A stretch of DNA of 63,245 nt, the filler included, from Thraustochytrium aureum (Eukaryota): the NCBI GenBank assembly GCA_012862495.1. It is 6 parts of 4 records of this genome, joined end to end, with 100 filler letters (N's around TTAATTAATTAA, not from the genome) between each part and the next. Parts side by side here need not be neighbours in the genome. Positions count along the whole stretch, not along the records: positions 26,154 to 54,154 come from BLSG01000167.1; positions 54,255 to 62,094 come from BLSG01000167.1; 4 more parts are not named here. One strand, 5' to 3'. The position numbers and the translations under genes were made by a program. Below are positions 44,040 through 55,932 of the stretch, piece by piece. Under the pieces are notes generated by a model. That model was not told the DNA's origin. It did no database searches and saw nothing but the letters and a program-made list of their open reading frames with translations. The first letter of the stretch is position 1. Each line of letters opens with the position of its first letter.

Positions 44040-46025
44040 GCCATCGCACTCGAAACCGCCAACCCGCCCCCGCACCCTCACGCTCGTCCTTTTGGTAGAG
44101 GTCAAAACAGCTCTAAACCTTTTTCTTTTTTCTTTTTTTTTCCCCGTCGCCCATGCAGCCTCTCTCGAGAGCCAGCAGCAGGCCTGGCCTGCCACACCTG
44201 TCAGTGCGCCCACTTGTCCCGCGCTTCACCCCTGCCGTCCTCGAGACCGCCGCTGCCCAGCACGAAGACGCTCACCTCCGGCACAAGCCCCTCGCGCTTT
44301 TTCAAGTCACCATGCCCTTGTGCTGCAAGAGCTTTGAGTATGCGCACGAGCCCACGCTCGTTTCCAGCCGCAAAGGCTTGAGCATCCCTGCCAATCTCCT
44401 CCTCCAATGATGAGATCACGGGCTGCGGAAAGACGAGCTCCTGCACCGGCAAAAGCAAGGCCCGCGCGGGGACGCGCCCACGTTTCCGTACCGCGCCTCC
44501 CCGCTCAGAGCCGGAGAGCGAGACCGCCGGGACCGGGGACACAGAGGCAGGCGCCCTAAGCTCTGTACCGTTCCCGGCCCCCCGGGGGAGCGCTCCGCCG
44601 TTGGCTGGTTCCTCTCGCTTCACGTCGAGAAGGCGCGCCTGCCGATCCGACTCCACCTGGATTCGCTTGTACCTGCGGACCGGCCTCGGTGGCCCTCCGC
44701 GGCGGTCCTGCTTGCCTGCACCAAGATGTATTTGCTTGACGCGGCCTCGGGCTGAGCCCGCAGTGCTCTGGCTTGCGCTCGAGCTCAAGCTCGAGCTCGA
44801 GCTCGAGCTGCACGAGTTGCTTCGCCCTTCGCGCGCCGCCTTGGACTTGGTTGCGCCATTGTCGCGGGCCGAGTCGAGCCGTGCCCCGCGCCCTGTGCCC
44901 CGCTTGGTTGGCGACGGCGCAGCCCCCGCACCGGCCGCTTCACGGCGCGGCGCGCTCTTGTCGGTCCGTTTGACGCGTNNNNNNNNNNNNNNNNNNNNNN
45001 NNNNNNNNNNNNNNNNNNNNNNNNNNNNNNNNNNNNNNNNNNNNNNNNNNNNNNNNNNNNNNNNNNNNNNNNNNNNNNNNNNNNNNNNNNNNNNNNNNNN
45101 NNNNNNNNNNNNNNNNNNNNNNNNNNNNNNNNNNNNNNNNNNNNNNNNNNNNNNNNNNNNNNNNNNNNNNNNNNNNNNNNNNNNNNNNNNNNNNNNNNNN
45201 NNNNNNNNNNNNNNNNNNNNNNNNNNNNNNNNNNNNNNNNNNNNNNNNNNNNNNNNNNNNNNNNNNNNNNNNNNNNNNNNNNNNNNNNNNNNNNNNNNNN
45301 NNNNNNNNNNNNNNNNNNNNNNNNNNNNNNNNNNNNNNNNNNNNNNNNNNNNNNNNNNNNNNNNNNNNNNNNNNNNNNNNNNNNNNNNNNNNNNNNNNNN
45401 NNNNNNNNNNNNNNNNNNNNNNNNNNNNNNNNNNNNNNNNNNNNNNNNNNNNNNNNNNNNNNNNNNNNNNNNNNNNNNNNNNNNNNNNNNNNNNNNNNNN
45501 NNNNNNNNNNNNNNNNNNNNNNNNNNNNNNNNNNNNNNNNNNNNNNNNNNNNNNNNNNNNNNNNNNNNNNNNNNNNNNNNNNNNNNNNNNNNNNNNNNNN
45601 NNNNNNNNNNNNNNNNNNNNNNNNNNNNNNNNNNNNNNNNNNNNNNNNNNNNNNNNNNNNNNNNNNNNNNNNNNNNNNNNNNNNNNNNNNNNNNNNNNNN
45701 NNNNNNNNNNNNNNNNNNNNNNNNNNNNNNNNNNNNNNNNNNNNNNNNNNNNNNNNNNNNNNNNNNNNNNNNNNNNNNNNNNNNNNNNNNNNNNNNNNNN
45801 NNNNNNNNNNNNNNNNNNNNNNNNNNNNNNNNNNNNNNNNNNNNNNNNNNNNNNNNNNNNNNNNNNNNNNNNNNNNNNNNNNNNNNNNNNNNNNNNNNNN
45901 NNNNNNNNNNNNNNNNNNNNNNNNNNNNNNNNNNNNNNNNNNNNNNNCGGCCGAGGCTGGGCGGGGACCGCCACTGGTAGCAACCGCCGGCGCTCGGGCG
46001 CACGCCGCTCTGGGCCCAGGGATTT

Positions 46026-46859
46026 TTGGGCTTGCTGCGAGCGCAGGCGGCGCGAGAGGTCCAGCTAGCGGGCACGGGAGCGCGGCCTGCAGGCCGGGTT
46101 CTCGGGAGAGGCGCATCTCATGTGGGCGGCTGCAGCAGGCAGAGGCGGGCGCGCCTGCGTTCGTCGCTGCTGCAAACAGGCCGGCGGGTCCGCAAGGTTG
46201 GGACGACACAGACTGCGAAAGCACCTGCAACACCTGCTACGCTGACCCAAGCGCCCGACAAAGACGGCGGCCCAACGGGAAAGCCGCTCCAAGCGGTGAC
46301 TGAAGAGCTCTCGTTCTGGGACAAGGCTCGTGGGGTCGAGGGCGCCAAGCCACCTCCGACAGCGGACGCCGCATTCATCGCCAAGTCCGGGCTCGGTGGG
46401 GCAGCAAGCATCGGCGTGCTCTCCCTGGTGCACTTTTACATCACCGACGCCAGCGACTTGACGCTTGTCTTGGGGTCCTTTGGCGCGTCGGCGGTGCTCT
46501 TGTTTGGGGCCCCCGCCGCACCGTTTTCGCAGCCCCGGAACGTGATTGGTGGGCACACCATCAGCGCCTTGATGGGCATCTCGGCGAGCCAGCTCATCAG
46601 CGTCGGCATGGGCGTCCCTGCTCTGGCGGCCCCTCTCGGCGTGGCGGCTGCCATTATGGCCATGCAGGCTACCAACACGGTCCACCCACCAGCTGGTGGC
46701 ACCGCATTAATCGCAATTCTTGGGTCGCCCGCGGTCGTCGGCCTCGGCTACGGCTTGGTCGTGCCGGCCCTTGGCGGCTCGACGTTGCTCGTGGCCTCTG
46801 CGGTCCTCTACAACAACGCCTGCCGCGGCTCCATGCGATATCCGCAGTATTGGTGGTAG
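46026..46859 (+). CDS. HPP family membrane protein; start uncertain
   Basis: GSFGASAVLLFG.P..PFSQPRNVIGGH, TVHPPAGGTAL. Confidence 0.92.
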   Translation: MGLLRAQAAREVQLAGTGARPAGRVLGRGASHVGGCSRQRRARLRSSLLQTGRRVRKVGTTQTAKAPATPATLTQAPDKDGGPTGKPLQAVTEELSFWDKARGVEGAKPPPTADAAFIAKSGLGGAASIGVLSLVHFYITDASDLTLVLGSFGASAVLLFGAPAAPFSQPRNVIGGHTISALMGISASQLISVGMGVPALAAPLGVAAAIMAMQATNTVHPPAGGTALIAILGSPAVVGLGYGLVVPALGGSTLLVASAVLYNNACRGSMRYPQYWW

Positions 46860-46904
46860 CGACCAGCGAGCCAGCTCCATCAGCGGCGCACTGAGCGCCG
46901 TGAT

Positions 46905-47020
46905 CTCGCAAACGCTGTTCTTGGGATGTAAGCATCGGAGAGCTCGCAAACGCTGTTCTTGGGATGTAAGCATCGGAGAGCTCGCAAACGCTGTTCTTGG
47001 GATGTAAGCATCGGAGAGCT
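46905..47020. repeat. 38-bp perfect tandem repeat x3
   Basis: CTCGCAAACGCTGTTCTTGGGATGTAAGCATCGGAGAG, head-to-tail with no spacers. Confidence 0.92.
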
Positions 47021-47207
47021 GCGATGCTTTGGTTTGGCGCCGCCTCCTCGTCAAACCAAGCACCCGGCGAGGAGTAGAGTAAGGTACGCAAGAGCCAACG
47101 AATAAAATGCTGTTTTTGCTGTCCTGGCGCCGCTGTGCGAACCGCGAGCAACGGGCAGGCGCTGAGCACCTACCTGCGCTCTCACGCGCACCAACGTTTC
47201 CTCTCAC

Positions 47208-48204
47208 TCAGATCTTGGAAGAGTAGGCCATGCGGATGCCACCGTCGAGGCGGATCGTCTCGCCGTTCAGGTAGCTGTTGTCGATGATCGCGAGGGCGAG
47301 CTGAGCAAACTCCTCCGGAAGACCGAGCCGCTTGGGCGCAACCACGCTCATGCTCAGGCCTTGGCGGACCTTCTCCGAGGCAGCAGCCATCATGGGCGTG
47401 CCCATAATGCCCGGCGCGATAGTGTTGACGCGGATGCCGTACGAGCCCAGGTCGCGGGCCATCGGGAGGGTCATCTGCGTCACGGCGCCCTTGCTGGCAG
47501 CGTACGCAACCTGGCCCTTCTGGCCGTCGAAGGCGGCGACGCTTGCGCAGTTGACGATCACGCCGCGCAGGCCGTGCTGGTCGGGCTCGTTCTCGGCCAT
47601 GACGCGAGCGCCATGCTTGCAGAGGTTGAACACACCATACAGGTTGACCTTGAGAACAAAGTCAAAGATGCCCGAGTCGTGCACGCCCTTCTTGTTCAGG
47701 GTCGTGGTGGCCGCGCCTGGGGGCGCCGAGGCAGGGTGAGCGGGTCGCTGTCAGTGCCCACGCATCCATCCAAAGTCGAAGTCGACCAAGTGCCAAACAC
47801 GCTCGCGCGGCAGCCAGAGATTGCTCGCTTGTGCGAACACGACTTACCAACTCCGGCGCAGGTGATCAGGCCGTGAATGCCCCCGAACTTTGCCTTGGCG
47901 GCGTCCACGGCCGCCTTGATCGACTCCTCCTGTGTGGCGTCAATCGTGAAAAAGGCCGAGCGCGGGCCGAGCTCCTTCTCGAGCTGCTTGCCGCGCTCCT
48001 CGTCGCGGTCGAGGATGGCAACGTTGGCGCCCTGGGCCGCCAGCGCGCGGCAGGTGGCCTCGCCGAGGCCGCTCGCTCCGCCGCTCACCAGGTAGGTCTT
48101 GCCTGCGCGCCCGAGGTCGCGCCAGTCCGCTCGTTGGTTGTCAGCCCTGCTGCGCCTTCCTCCGCCGCGCCGCCGCGTGCGCACTTACCTGCGCGGTCAG
48201 TCAT
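47208..48204 (-). CDS. 3-hydroxyacyl-CoA dehydrogenase type-2-like SDR (HSD17B10-like), two introns
   Basis: LVSGGASGLG, RGVIVNCASVAAFDGQKGQVAYAASKG, MTLPMARDL, YLNGETIRLDG; introns 48188-48103 and 47847-47717. Confidence 0.92.
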
Positions 48205-48227
48205 CTCGCCGAGGGGTTGGACTGCTC

Positions 48228-48230
<3 letters not shown>

Positions 48231-48264
<34 letters not shown>

Positions 48265-48455
48265 NNNNNNNNNNNNNNNNNNNNNNNNNNNNNNNNNNNN
48301 NNNNNNNNNNNNNNNNNNNNNNNNNNNNNNNNNNNNNNNNNNNNNNNNNNNNNNNNNNNNNNNNNNNNNNNNNNNNNNNNNNNNNNNNNNNNNNNNNNNN
48401 NNNNNNNNNNNNNNNNNNNNNNNNNNNNNNNNNNNNNNNNNNNNNNNNNNNNNNN

Positions 48456-48524
<69 letters not shown>
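48231..48524. repeat. (CTG)n microsatellite spanning an N gap
   Basis: Pure CTG runs on both sides of the gap. Confidence 0.95.
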
Positions 48525-48527
<3 letters not shown>

Positions 48528-50551
48528 CCGCGTTGCGCTTCTGCCGCCAATCAGCGCAGTCCGCCGCCTCGCCCAGTGTGTATCCAAGTCGGACGAGTCC
48601 GCCCCTGCAGCATCGTGATCGGACCGAGTCTGTGTCCGACACGCTCACGATCAACGCGCTGCTCGTCCGCGCCCACGCGCGCAACGGACGCACGCAGGAC
48701 GAGCAGGAGCATCGCTCGCATTCATTCATCCATGGTTGCTCGGGGCCGCCGGCTGTTTGGGCAAGGAGGATTTGGGCGAGACGGCTCGATCACGTCCACG
48801 CGCCAAGGATGGTCTTCCTTGGCGTGGGCCGTCCCTCCTCGGCGTGAGTTTCTCGCGCCTTGACGTTTGGTGTAACCGTTGCCTCAAAGCTTGTGCTGGT
48901 TGTGAGGGCACGCGACAGCGGCTGAACGAAGGACCCCCGAAGCCGTCAGAACTCGCGAAGGAGCCCCCTTCTGCAGTTTCAGCTCGGACGCTGCAGGTTC
49001 CAGCCGCCCATGCGCATCCAAGTGGGGTGCAGAAGGGGCTGGAGACGGGTTTCAGCTGGGCGCTGCGAATGCGCCGAATGCGCGGAACGTCTGCACACTC
49101 TGCTCATCGCTGTCCGTCGAGTTTGGACAGAAAGGGCCAGCGCGCATTCGGAAGCCTGCGAGCAGAGTAGGTATGCCACTTTTCCGCGGGCCCGAGGCAC
49201 AGCCTTGGAGCGCACGCCCTGAAACGAGTGGCGATGGATGATCGATCTCATGTCCGTGTGGACCCTTCTTGGTGTCGACGACGGCTTGGGACACGAGCAA
49301 GCAGCCTCGGAACAAGGCGCCTGCGCGTGCTAGCTAATTTCCTACCTTTGTGCAGAAGAGCCGCGTCCCTCGCTCGGGACCTTGCGGGCCTCCGATGAGT
49401 TGAAATGGCACGGGCCTTCTCCGCCGGGAGGAGCACTGCTCCGACCTCTGCTCCAAACAAATCACCTCGATGACAGACGGCCTCCGAGGAGACTTTGAGA
49501 GGTCCCGGGTTGCTCGAGGCAGTTTCCAGATGGGCCAACTCGGACGCATCACTGCGACCTTCCCAGAACTGGCGTGAATGCACGAGCGCCACATACTGTT
49601 CCGCGGGCCTCGCCAACCATTTTTCGTGCAGATGGTCGCTCGCGTTCCGTGGCGAGTGAGGCTGGCCACACGGCCAAGGAAAGCGGACTTTCGGCACGAG
49701 CGGGAGGCATCAAAGATGGATGATCTACCCAATCAGTAACCCTCACGCCCTCACGGAATGAGGACGGACGGACTCTTCTCCAGGCATGTCCCGGTGGTGT
49801 CCCGTTCGCCCTCCCGTCGCCCCGCGGCACAAGTCGCGCACAACCAGGCTGGTTCGCATGCAGAACGAGGGGGAGCAGCAGGTCCTGGCGCAGGTGCACC
49901 AAGGCTAGCTGGCTGGCTGTGGCTAGAGCGGCTGCCAGGGCGGCGGCAGCCCACGCGCATCAACCTGCCTGCCACGGGCAGCAAAGTGTGGTGTAATCCA
50001 ACCCGAGTTCAGCCATTTGGCCAGCAACTGCCAGAGGGAAAGACAGCGAGACCTTGACCGGCGCTTTGAGAGGGCGACGAGGCCTCCGATTGTATGTCCA
50101 GCTGACGGGGAAAACGAAATGTGACCAGTGCCTCACTGAACTTGCCCCTTTGCATCGAAAAAGCCCAGGCAATGACGCCGAACGCGTCTCGCCTCGGTTG
50201 AAAACGAGGCAGCAGACCTCAAGTCGCCGCGAAACTTGCCGACCCACGGCCAGTGCGACAAGTCGTTCGACACGCTTGCCTGGCTGCCCGGCTGACCTGC
50301 TTGGCCTGCTTGTGCGCGACGCGCGCGCAGCGAGAGTCGGCTTCGGGCAGACCGACTTCCGCGGCACGTTCAGGCTAGCCTCGTATCACGGCGGACGAGA
50401 ACCTGTCGAGGCAACCTCGGCTACACAGCAACACCGGGCAGTAGAGGGAAGGCCCGACGCGCACTTCAAACGCGAGCCAGGCCGCGCACAGCGGAACGAG
50501 CAGCCCGCGGGCGCCCCCCGCAACCACCTCACCGGCCGCCCCTCGCCGAGG

Positions 50552-52246
50552 ATGGTCAACTCTGCCGAATGGGTCACGGAACAGCGCCGCCACTTTGAGG
50601 CGGCCGAAGTGGTCCCGGACAGCTCCACAAACGCCGCCGCCCGCTTCACTTTCCAGAACGTCAGCAAGATGAACGCAATGCGGCTCGCCGCAGAGTGCGG
50701 TGGCGGAGGCGAGTTGAACGCAAGCGCACCGCACCGCAGGGTTCGGCCTCACCCCCTCGAGCTGGCGGAAGTCGCTGAGGATTTCGACGTCGACCCGGTC
50801 GTGGACGACTTCTTGGTCCCCGGCTCCCCCTCAGACCTCTTCGACTCGATGCAGTTCTCGCCACAAATGCTCTCTCCGAGTGCCCATCATCCAGCGTCCC
50901 CGGCCCCCGCCAGCGGCACAACTGGCTCCCAACAATTTGCCTTCGACCTGGACGACGTGGTCTCGCACCCTCAGAGCGGCAAAGACGGCGGCTCAGGGGG
51001 CGTTGGAGCCCTCGCGCCTAGCGAGGGCAGAGCAAGGCGATATGCACCATCATCGGCCTCGCGCGCCAAGGCTGGCAGGCTCTCGACCTACGCCTCCGAG
51101 TCTGGCGTGATCCAAACCAGGCGCCACTCGCTCAAGCGCAAAACGCCGCAGGGCGCCGAGGTGGCGGCGAGCTTTGGCTTCGAGGACGCGCAAGGCCTGT
51201 TCGCGGGCGGCACGGGCACCAAGCGTCGCCCACAACTCAAAAGGGCGCGATCGAGCCCGGTGTTGCTTGCAACCGGGTCGCACCCCATCGCGCATGGGCC
51301 GCCGTTTCAGCAGCACCAGGAGCACCAGCAGAACCAGCAATACTACCAGCAATACTCCCAGCAGCACTACCCCATGCCGCAGATGTATCACCCTCCCCAA
51401 CAGTTCCACCAGTACGCGCCATACCAGCATCCTCCTCGCCAGCAGCTGGGTCATGCTGTAGGTGCCACTGCTGCGCAGACCGCCAACAGGGCAGGCCCGG
51501 CTCCCAGTTTCATGCCGCGCCCAGTGCAGGTCGCGCAAACCTTCGGGGCGCAAGCGCTCTCCCCCGTTAGCACCGGATCCCCAGTGAGCCTTCCAGCTGC
51601 CACCCACAGAAAACCTGCCGGGAAAACCACGTCGCCGTCGGGCGCGCGCGCCGCAGCGCCGAGCGGCACCCAAACCCGCGGCATCGACGACCTCCTTGCT
51701 GCTGGCGCGACCAAAATCGCAGGCAAGCGCTGGACGACGCGACAAGACGAGCAGCTGCGTGCTGCTGTTGAAATGCACGGGGCCTCAAACTGGAAGGCTA
51801 TCGCCGACATGGTCGAGGGGCGCAACCACGTCCAATGCCTCCAGCGGTGGAAAAAGGTGCTGCAGCCTGGCCTCATCAAGGGCATGTGGAGCCAGGAAGA
51901 GGACGACGTTCTCGTGCAACTCATGCACGAGCAGGGCGAAGCCAACAACTGGACACAGATCTCAGAGCGCATCCCGGGCCGCACAGCCAAACAGTGCAGG
52001 GAGCGTTGGCACCTCAACCTTGACCCCAGCATCAACCGCGGCCCGTGGGCGCGAGAGGAGGACAATATTCTTCTCAATCTTCACTCGCAGATTGGCAACA
52101 AGTGGGCAGAAATCAAGCGCAGTCTCCCGGGCCGAACCGAGAACGGCGTCAAGTCACGGTACAAGAGCGTCCAGCGGGCGCTTCGCAAAATCCCGCGCTT
52201 TGCTGCGATGAAGGCGGCGCAGCAGCGGCAGCACCAGGTGCAGATT
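50552..52246 (+). CDS. R1R2R3 (3R) MYB transcription factor; 3' end in gap
   Basis: Three MYB repeats: WTTRQDEQL...RNHVQCLQRW, KGMWSQEED...RTAKQCRERW, RGPWAREED...GRTENGVKSRY. Confidence 0.93.
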
Positions 52247-52644
52247 NNNNNNNNNNNNNNNNNNNNNNNNNNNNNNNNNNNNNNNNNNNNNNNNNNNNNN
52301 NNNNNNNNNNNNNNNNNNNNNNNNNNNNNNNNNNNNNNNNNNNNNNNNNNNNNNNNNNNNNNNNNNNNNNNNNNNNNNNNNNNNNNNNNNNNNNNNNNNN
52401 NNNNNNNNNNNNNNNNNNNNNNNNNNNNNNNNNNNNNNNNNNNNNNNNNNNNNNNNNNNNNNNNNNNNNNNNNNNNNNNNNNNNNNNNNNNNNNNNNNNN
52501 NNNNNNNNNNNNNNNNNNNNNNNNTTGAGCAGGCCGCTGTTTCCCCCGTCGGCGATTTCTTCAACCGAAAAAAAGTCTTTGTATTCTCTATCGTTTCAGC
52601 CGGCATGCGCGCTTGCATCCCAGCCCGCGCGCAGGCACGACAGC

Positions 52645-54154
52645 CTACCGCGGCCCGCGCTGCGGCTCTTGCTGCTGTTTCGGCGCTTGCTGCACGGGCA
52701 TCGCAGCCCCTGCGTCTTGCGATGCGGCCCGCTTTTGCCGCAACCCAGCTTGCTTGGAAGAGCCCTCCTTGGCCAGCTTGGCCGTGCTCTCCTTCTTCGC
52801 GTTCCGCTCCATCTTGGCACGCTCTCGCTTCAGGTGCTTTTGCCGTGCCGCGTCATTCTGGTTGAGCGCGAGCTCAAAGTCGGCGAAAAACGCCTGCAAG
52901 GTCCGGAAGAGCACCTCCGAGGTCATGGACGAGTCCTCGCAAAAGTACTCTTGCACCTCCTTGAACTTGGCCTCGGCCTCGTCGCATGTGGCGCGCAGCT
53001 CCTTGAGCGACTTGTCCGCGAACGTGTAAAACCTGTTGAGCCCCAAAATGTACGACTTCTCCTCCTCAGTGATCTGGTCACGCTTGGCCTCGTCGGCCAC
53101 TATCTTGGCGCAGAGCTTGTGCTCCGACTCCAAAGCACGGACCCCGTTCTCGAGCGTCTGGACTTGACTCGCGGCGTTTGTCAGGGACACGGTGGCGGCA
53201 GCGCGGATCCCGTCCGTCTCCGACTTGATAAAGCTCAGGATCTCGCGCATCCGCGACTGGATCAGCATGACAAGGTAGTGCAGCGCGGTCGTGTTGCCAA
53301 GGAAGCTCTTGACTTGGCGCAGCTTGGTCAGCGCATCCAGGCCGAATCCTTGCGCGATGCGGGTGCGCGGCGCGTCCGGGCCCTCGTTCAAAAAGTTGCC
53401 GAGCACCAACACAACGTCCAACAGCTCGCGAAACCTCTTGCTGTTCAAAACCTCTTTGCACGCCTTGAGGAGAATCTCAAGGTCGGTGCTGATGTCATCG
53501 AAGGCCTCGTCGAATTTGAGCTTGTACAAAAAGCACTGGATGCGCTGCTTGTATCGCGCGATGCCCATCAGCTCCAAAAAGTACTCCTCCGCGCGACCCA
53601 CTTCTGAGGCGCTGCCAGTGTAGGCCTTGAGAATTTTCTCCTCGTCAGCCGTCGGTGTGAGGCCCATCACGGAGCGGATGTCCTCGACGTTGACGCCCTC
53701 TGGCGCTTGGAGCGTAAACAAGCACCGCCGCACCACCGCGGTGTCCACGCCGAGCCCTTTCATGCGAGACAGCACGATGGAAACGTTGTTTGAGCGCTGG
53801 GTCTCGATCAGTTGCTTCTTTTGCTCCTTGGCCTTTTTCGTCTTTTTCTCCTCCGGGTCCGTGCCGGCGGTCTTGGCCTTTTCTGCCTTTTCGCGCGCCT
53901 TGGCGCGTTCTTGCTCACTCATGTTGAAGGTGAAAAACATGTTGAGCTCCTTGAGCTCCTTCTCTGCAAACCTGAACTTGGAGCACTCGTGCCACACGGC
54001 GTGCGGGATCTTGTCCAGCGTACTCGCAGGCACCTTTCGCCAGTGCAGCTTGCGCCGAACAATCTTATCTGGCTTCTTCTCTGGCGGCTTGGGCTTGGCC
54101 GCGGCGACGCCTGCAACCGGGCCTGCGCCGCTTGCTCCTTTCGCCGCCGGGGCT
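52645..54154 (-). CDS. Formin (FH2 domain), 5' partial
   Basis: RRKLHWRKV, RSNNVSIVL, LVLGNFLN, AQGFGLDALTKL, ALHYLV, YFCED. Confidence 0.93.
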
Positions 54155-54198
54155 NNNNNNNNNNNNNNNNNNNNNNNNNNNNNNNNNNNNNNNNNNNN

Positions 54199-54210
54199 TT
54201 AATTAATTAA
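54199..54210. other. Artificial scaffold linker
   Basis: TTAATTAATTAA within N runs. Confidence 0.97.
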
Positions 54211-54254
54211 NNNNNNNNNNNNNNNNNNNNNNNNNNNNNNNNNNNNNNNNNNNN

Positions 54255-54357
54255 TCGTGGCGGCGTCCCAGTCGATGCAGCCGAGCCAGCTGTGGGCCTC
54301 GGCGCCAGGCACGGCTACGAGCGCCACTGCAGCAACGCTTAGCGCAGCGATCTTCAT
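54255..54357 (-). CDS. 5' fragment of a secreted protein (signal peptide followed by His)
   Basis: MKIAALSVAAVALVAVPGAEA|HSWLGCIDWD. Confidence 0.65.
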
Positions 54358-55932
54358 GGCGTGCAGTTTTTGTCTTGCGTTTGCTTGCGCTTGCAGGTTT
54401 GCGTCTTTGATTTGGAATTGGGGTTTGCTTCGGTTTCTTTCGCGTTCGCAAGCAAGGAAAGCGGCCTCTGCGTCCGTGCTTTTGCAGGCTGCGTTGGACT
54501 GGTGCAGCGCACCGACTCTCATCGCCGTCGCGGTCCGTGCCACTTTCTGTTCGTACATTCATTCAAAACCCATTCTCAACCCGTGCTCATTCGACCCGTG
54601 ACCCGTGCGTTTTAATAAATGAACTAAGCTATGGCGTTTGGATAGCTAGCCGCCCTGGCGCGCGTCAACTTGCCGTTCGCCGAGGCTGGAGGTGGATTGG
54701 CACAGGGCAAAAAATGCAAAACACAAGCCCATTGAGGAGGAACTCGCAAGCGAGAGCCCGCGCGTACCTTCAAGTAAGTAGAGTAGAGTACCTTCCGAAA
54801 TGCGGCGCACCTTGACTGGCTGCCATTGCCAGCCTTCGCCAGGCAGGCCACACCTCGCACTCAACAACCTGCGCCTGAACGGCAACGGCGCTACCATACT
54901 GCAAGTCATTGGTCACGCGCACTCTTTCGCGCAATAAAGAAAAAGAAAGGAAAGAAAGGAAGGGAAAATGTGACGGCGTTCGCAAATGTGGCACGGGCAC
55001 GCTTGGCAACACGGTGTTCGACCCGTCGCGCGCCAACGCGACGAGGCGAGTGCGCAGGCTACTTTACTCTTTTCTAATCAAGCGCTCAGAGCGCTGCCTG
55101 CACGTTGGCGACGCCGCAGCACAACAATGGCCAACACGAGCACGGCGCAAGCGCAAATGACCCAGCGACGCGGGTAGCCTTGCGGGTCGGCAACAAGCTT
55201 TTGAGCAAGTTGCTGGCTGTGCTCGGTTTGCTGTTGCTCTTGATCGAGCTGCCGTTGGTCCCTCGCGGCTCTGACGCGGTCTCCAAACGACGCGGGCTTG
55301 CGGGCCCGCGGTGGCGGAGCAGCCGCACGAAGTGCCAGCACGGCCCCGCTTTCGGNNNNNNNNNNNNNNNNNNNNNNNNNNNNNNNNNNNNNNNNNNNNN
55401 NNNNNNNNNNNNNNNNNNNNNNNNNNNNNNNNNNNNNNNNNNNNNNNNNNNNNNNNNNNNNNNNNNNNNNNNNNNNNNNNNNNNNNNNNNNNNNNNNNNN
55501 NNNNNNNNNNNNNNNNNNNNNNNNNNNNNNNNNNNNNNNNNNNNNNNNNNNNNNNNNNNNNNNNNNNNNNNNNNNNNNNNNNNNNNNNNNNNNNNNNNNN
55601 NNNNNNNNNNNNNNNNNNNNNNNNNNNNNNNNNNNNNNNNNNNNNNNNNNNNNNNNNNNNNNNNNNNNNNNNNNNNNNNNNNNNNNNNNNNNNNNNNNNN
55701 NNNNNNNNNNNNNNNNNNNNNNNNNNNNNNNNNNNNNNNNNNNNNNNNNNNNNNNNNNNNNNNNNNNNNNNNNNNNNNNNNNNNNNNNNNNNNNNNNNNN
55801 NNNNNNNNNNNNNNNNNNNNNNNNNNNNNNNNNNNNNNNNNNNNNNNNNNNNNNNNNNNNNNNNNNNNNNNNNNNNNNNNNNNNNNNNNNNNNNNNNNNN
55901 NNNNNNNNNNNNCGCAGGCGGCAGAAAACGGT

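Noticed and set aside
44201..44978. Low-complexity minus-strand ORF next to a gap
   Set aside because: Possibly the 3' end of a real gene, but no domain can be supported
46905..47020. CRISPR-like 38-bp repeats
   Set aside because: Head-to-tail copies with no spacers, no cas genes, eukaryotic context
48530..50550. Long region upstream of MYB with many short ORFs, and the ORF-track extension to 50054
   Set aside because: GC-rich shadow ORFs without motifs; the first plausible ATG for MYB is 50552
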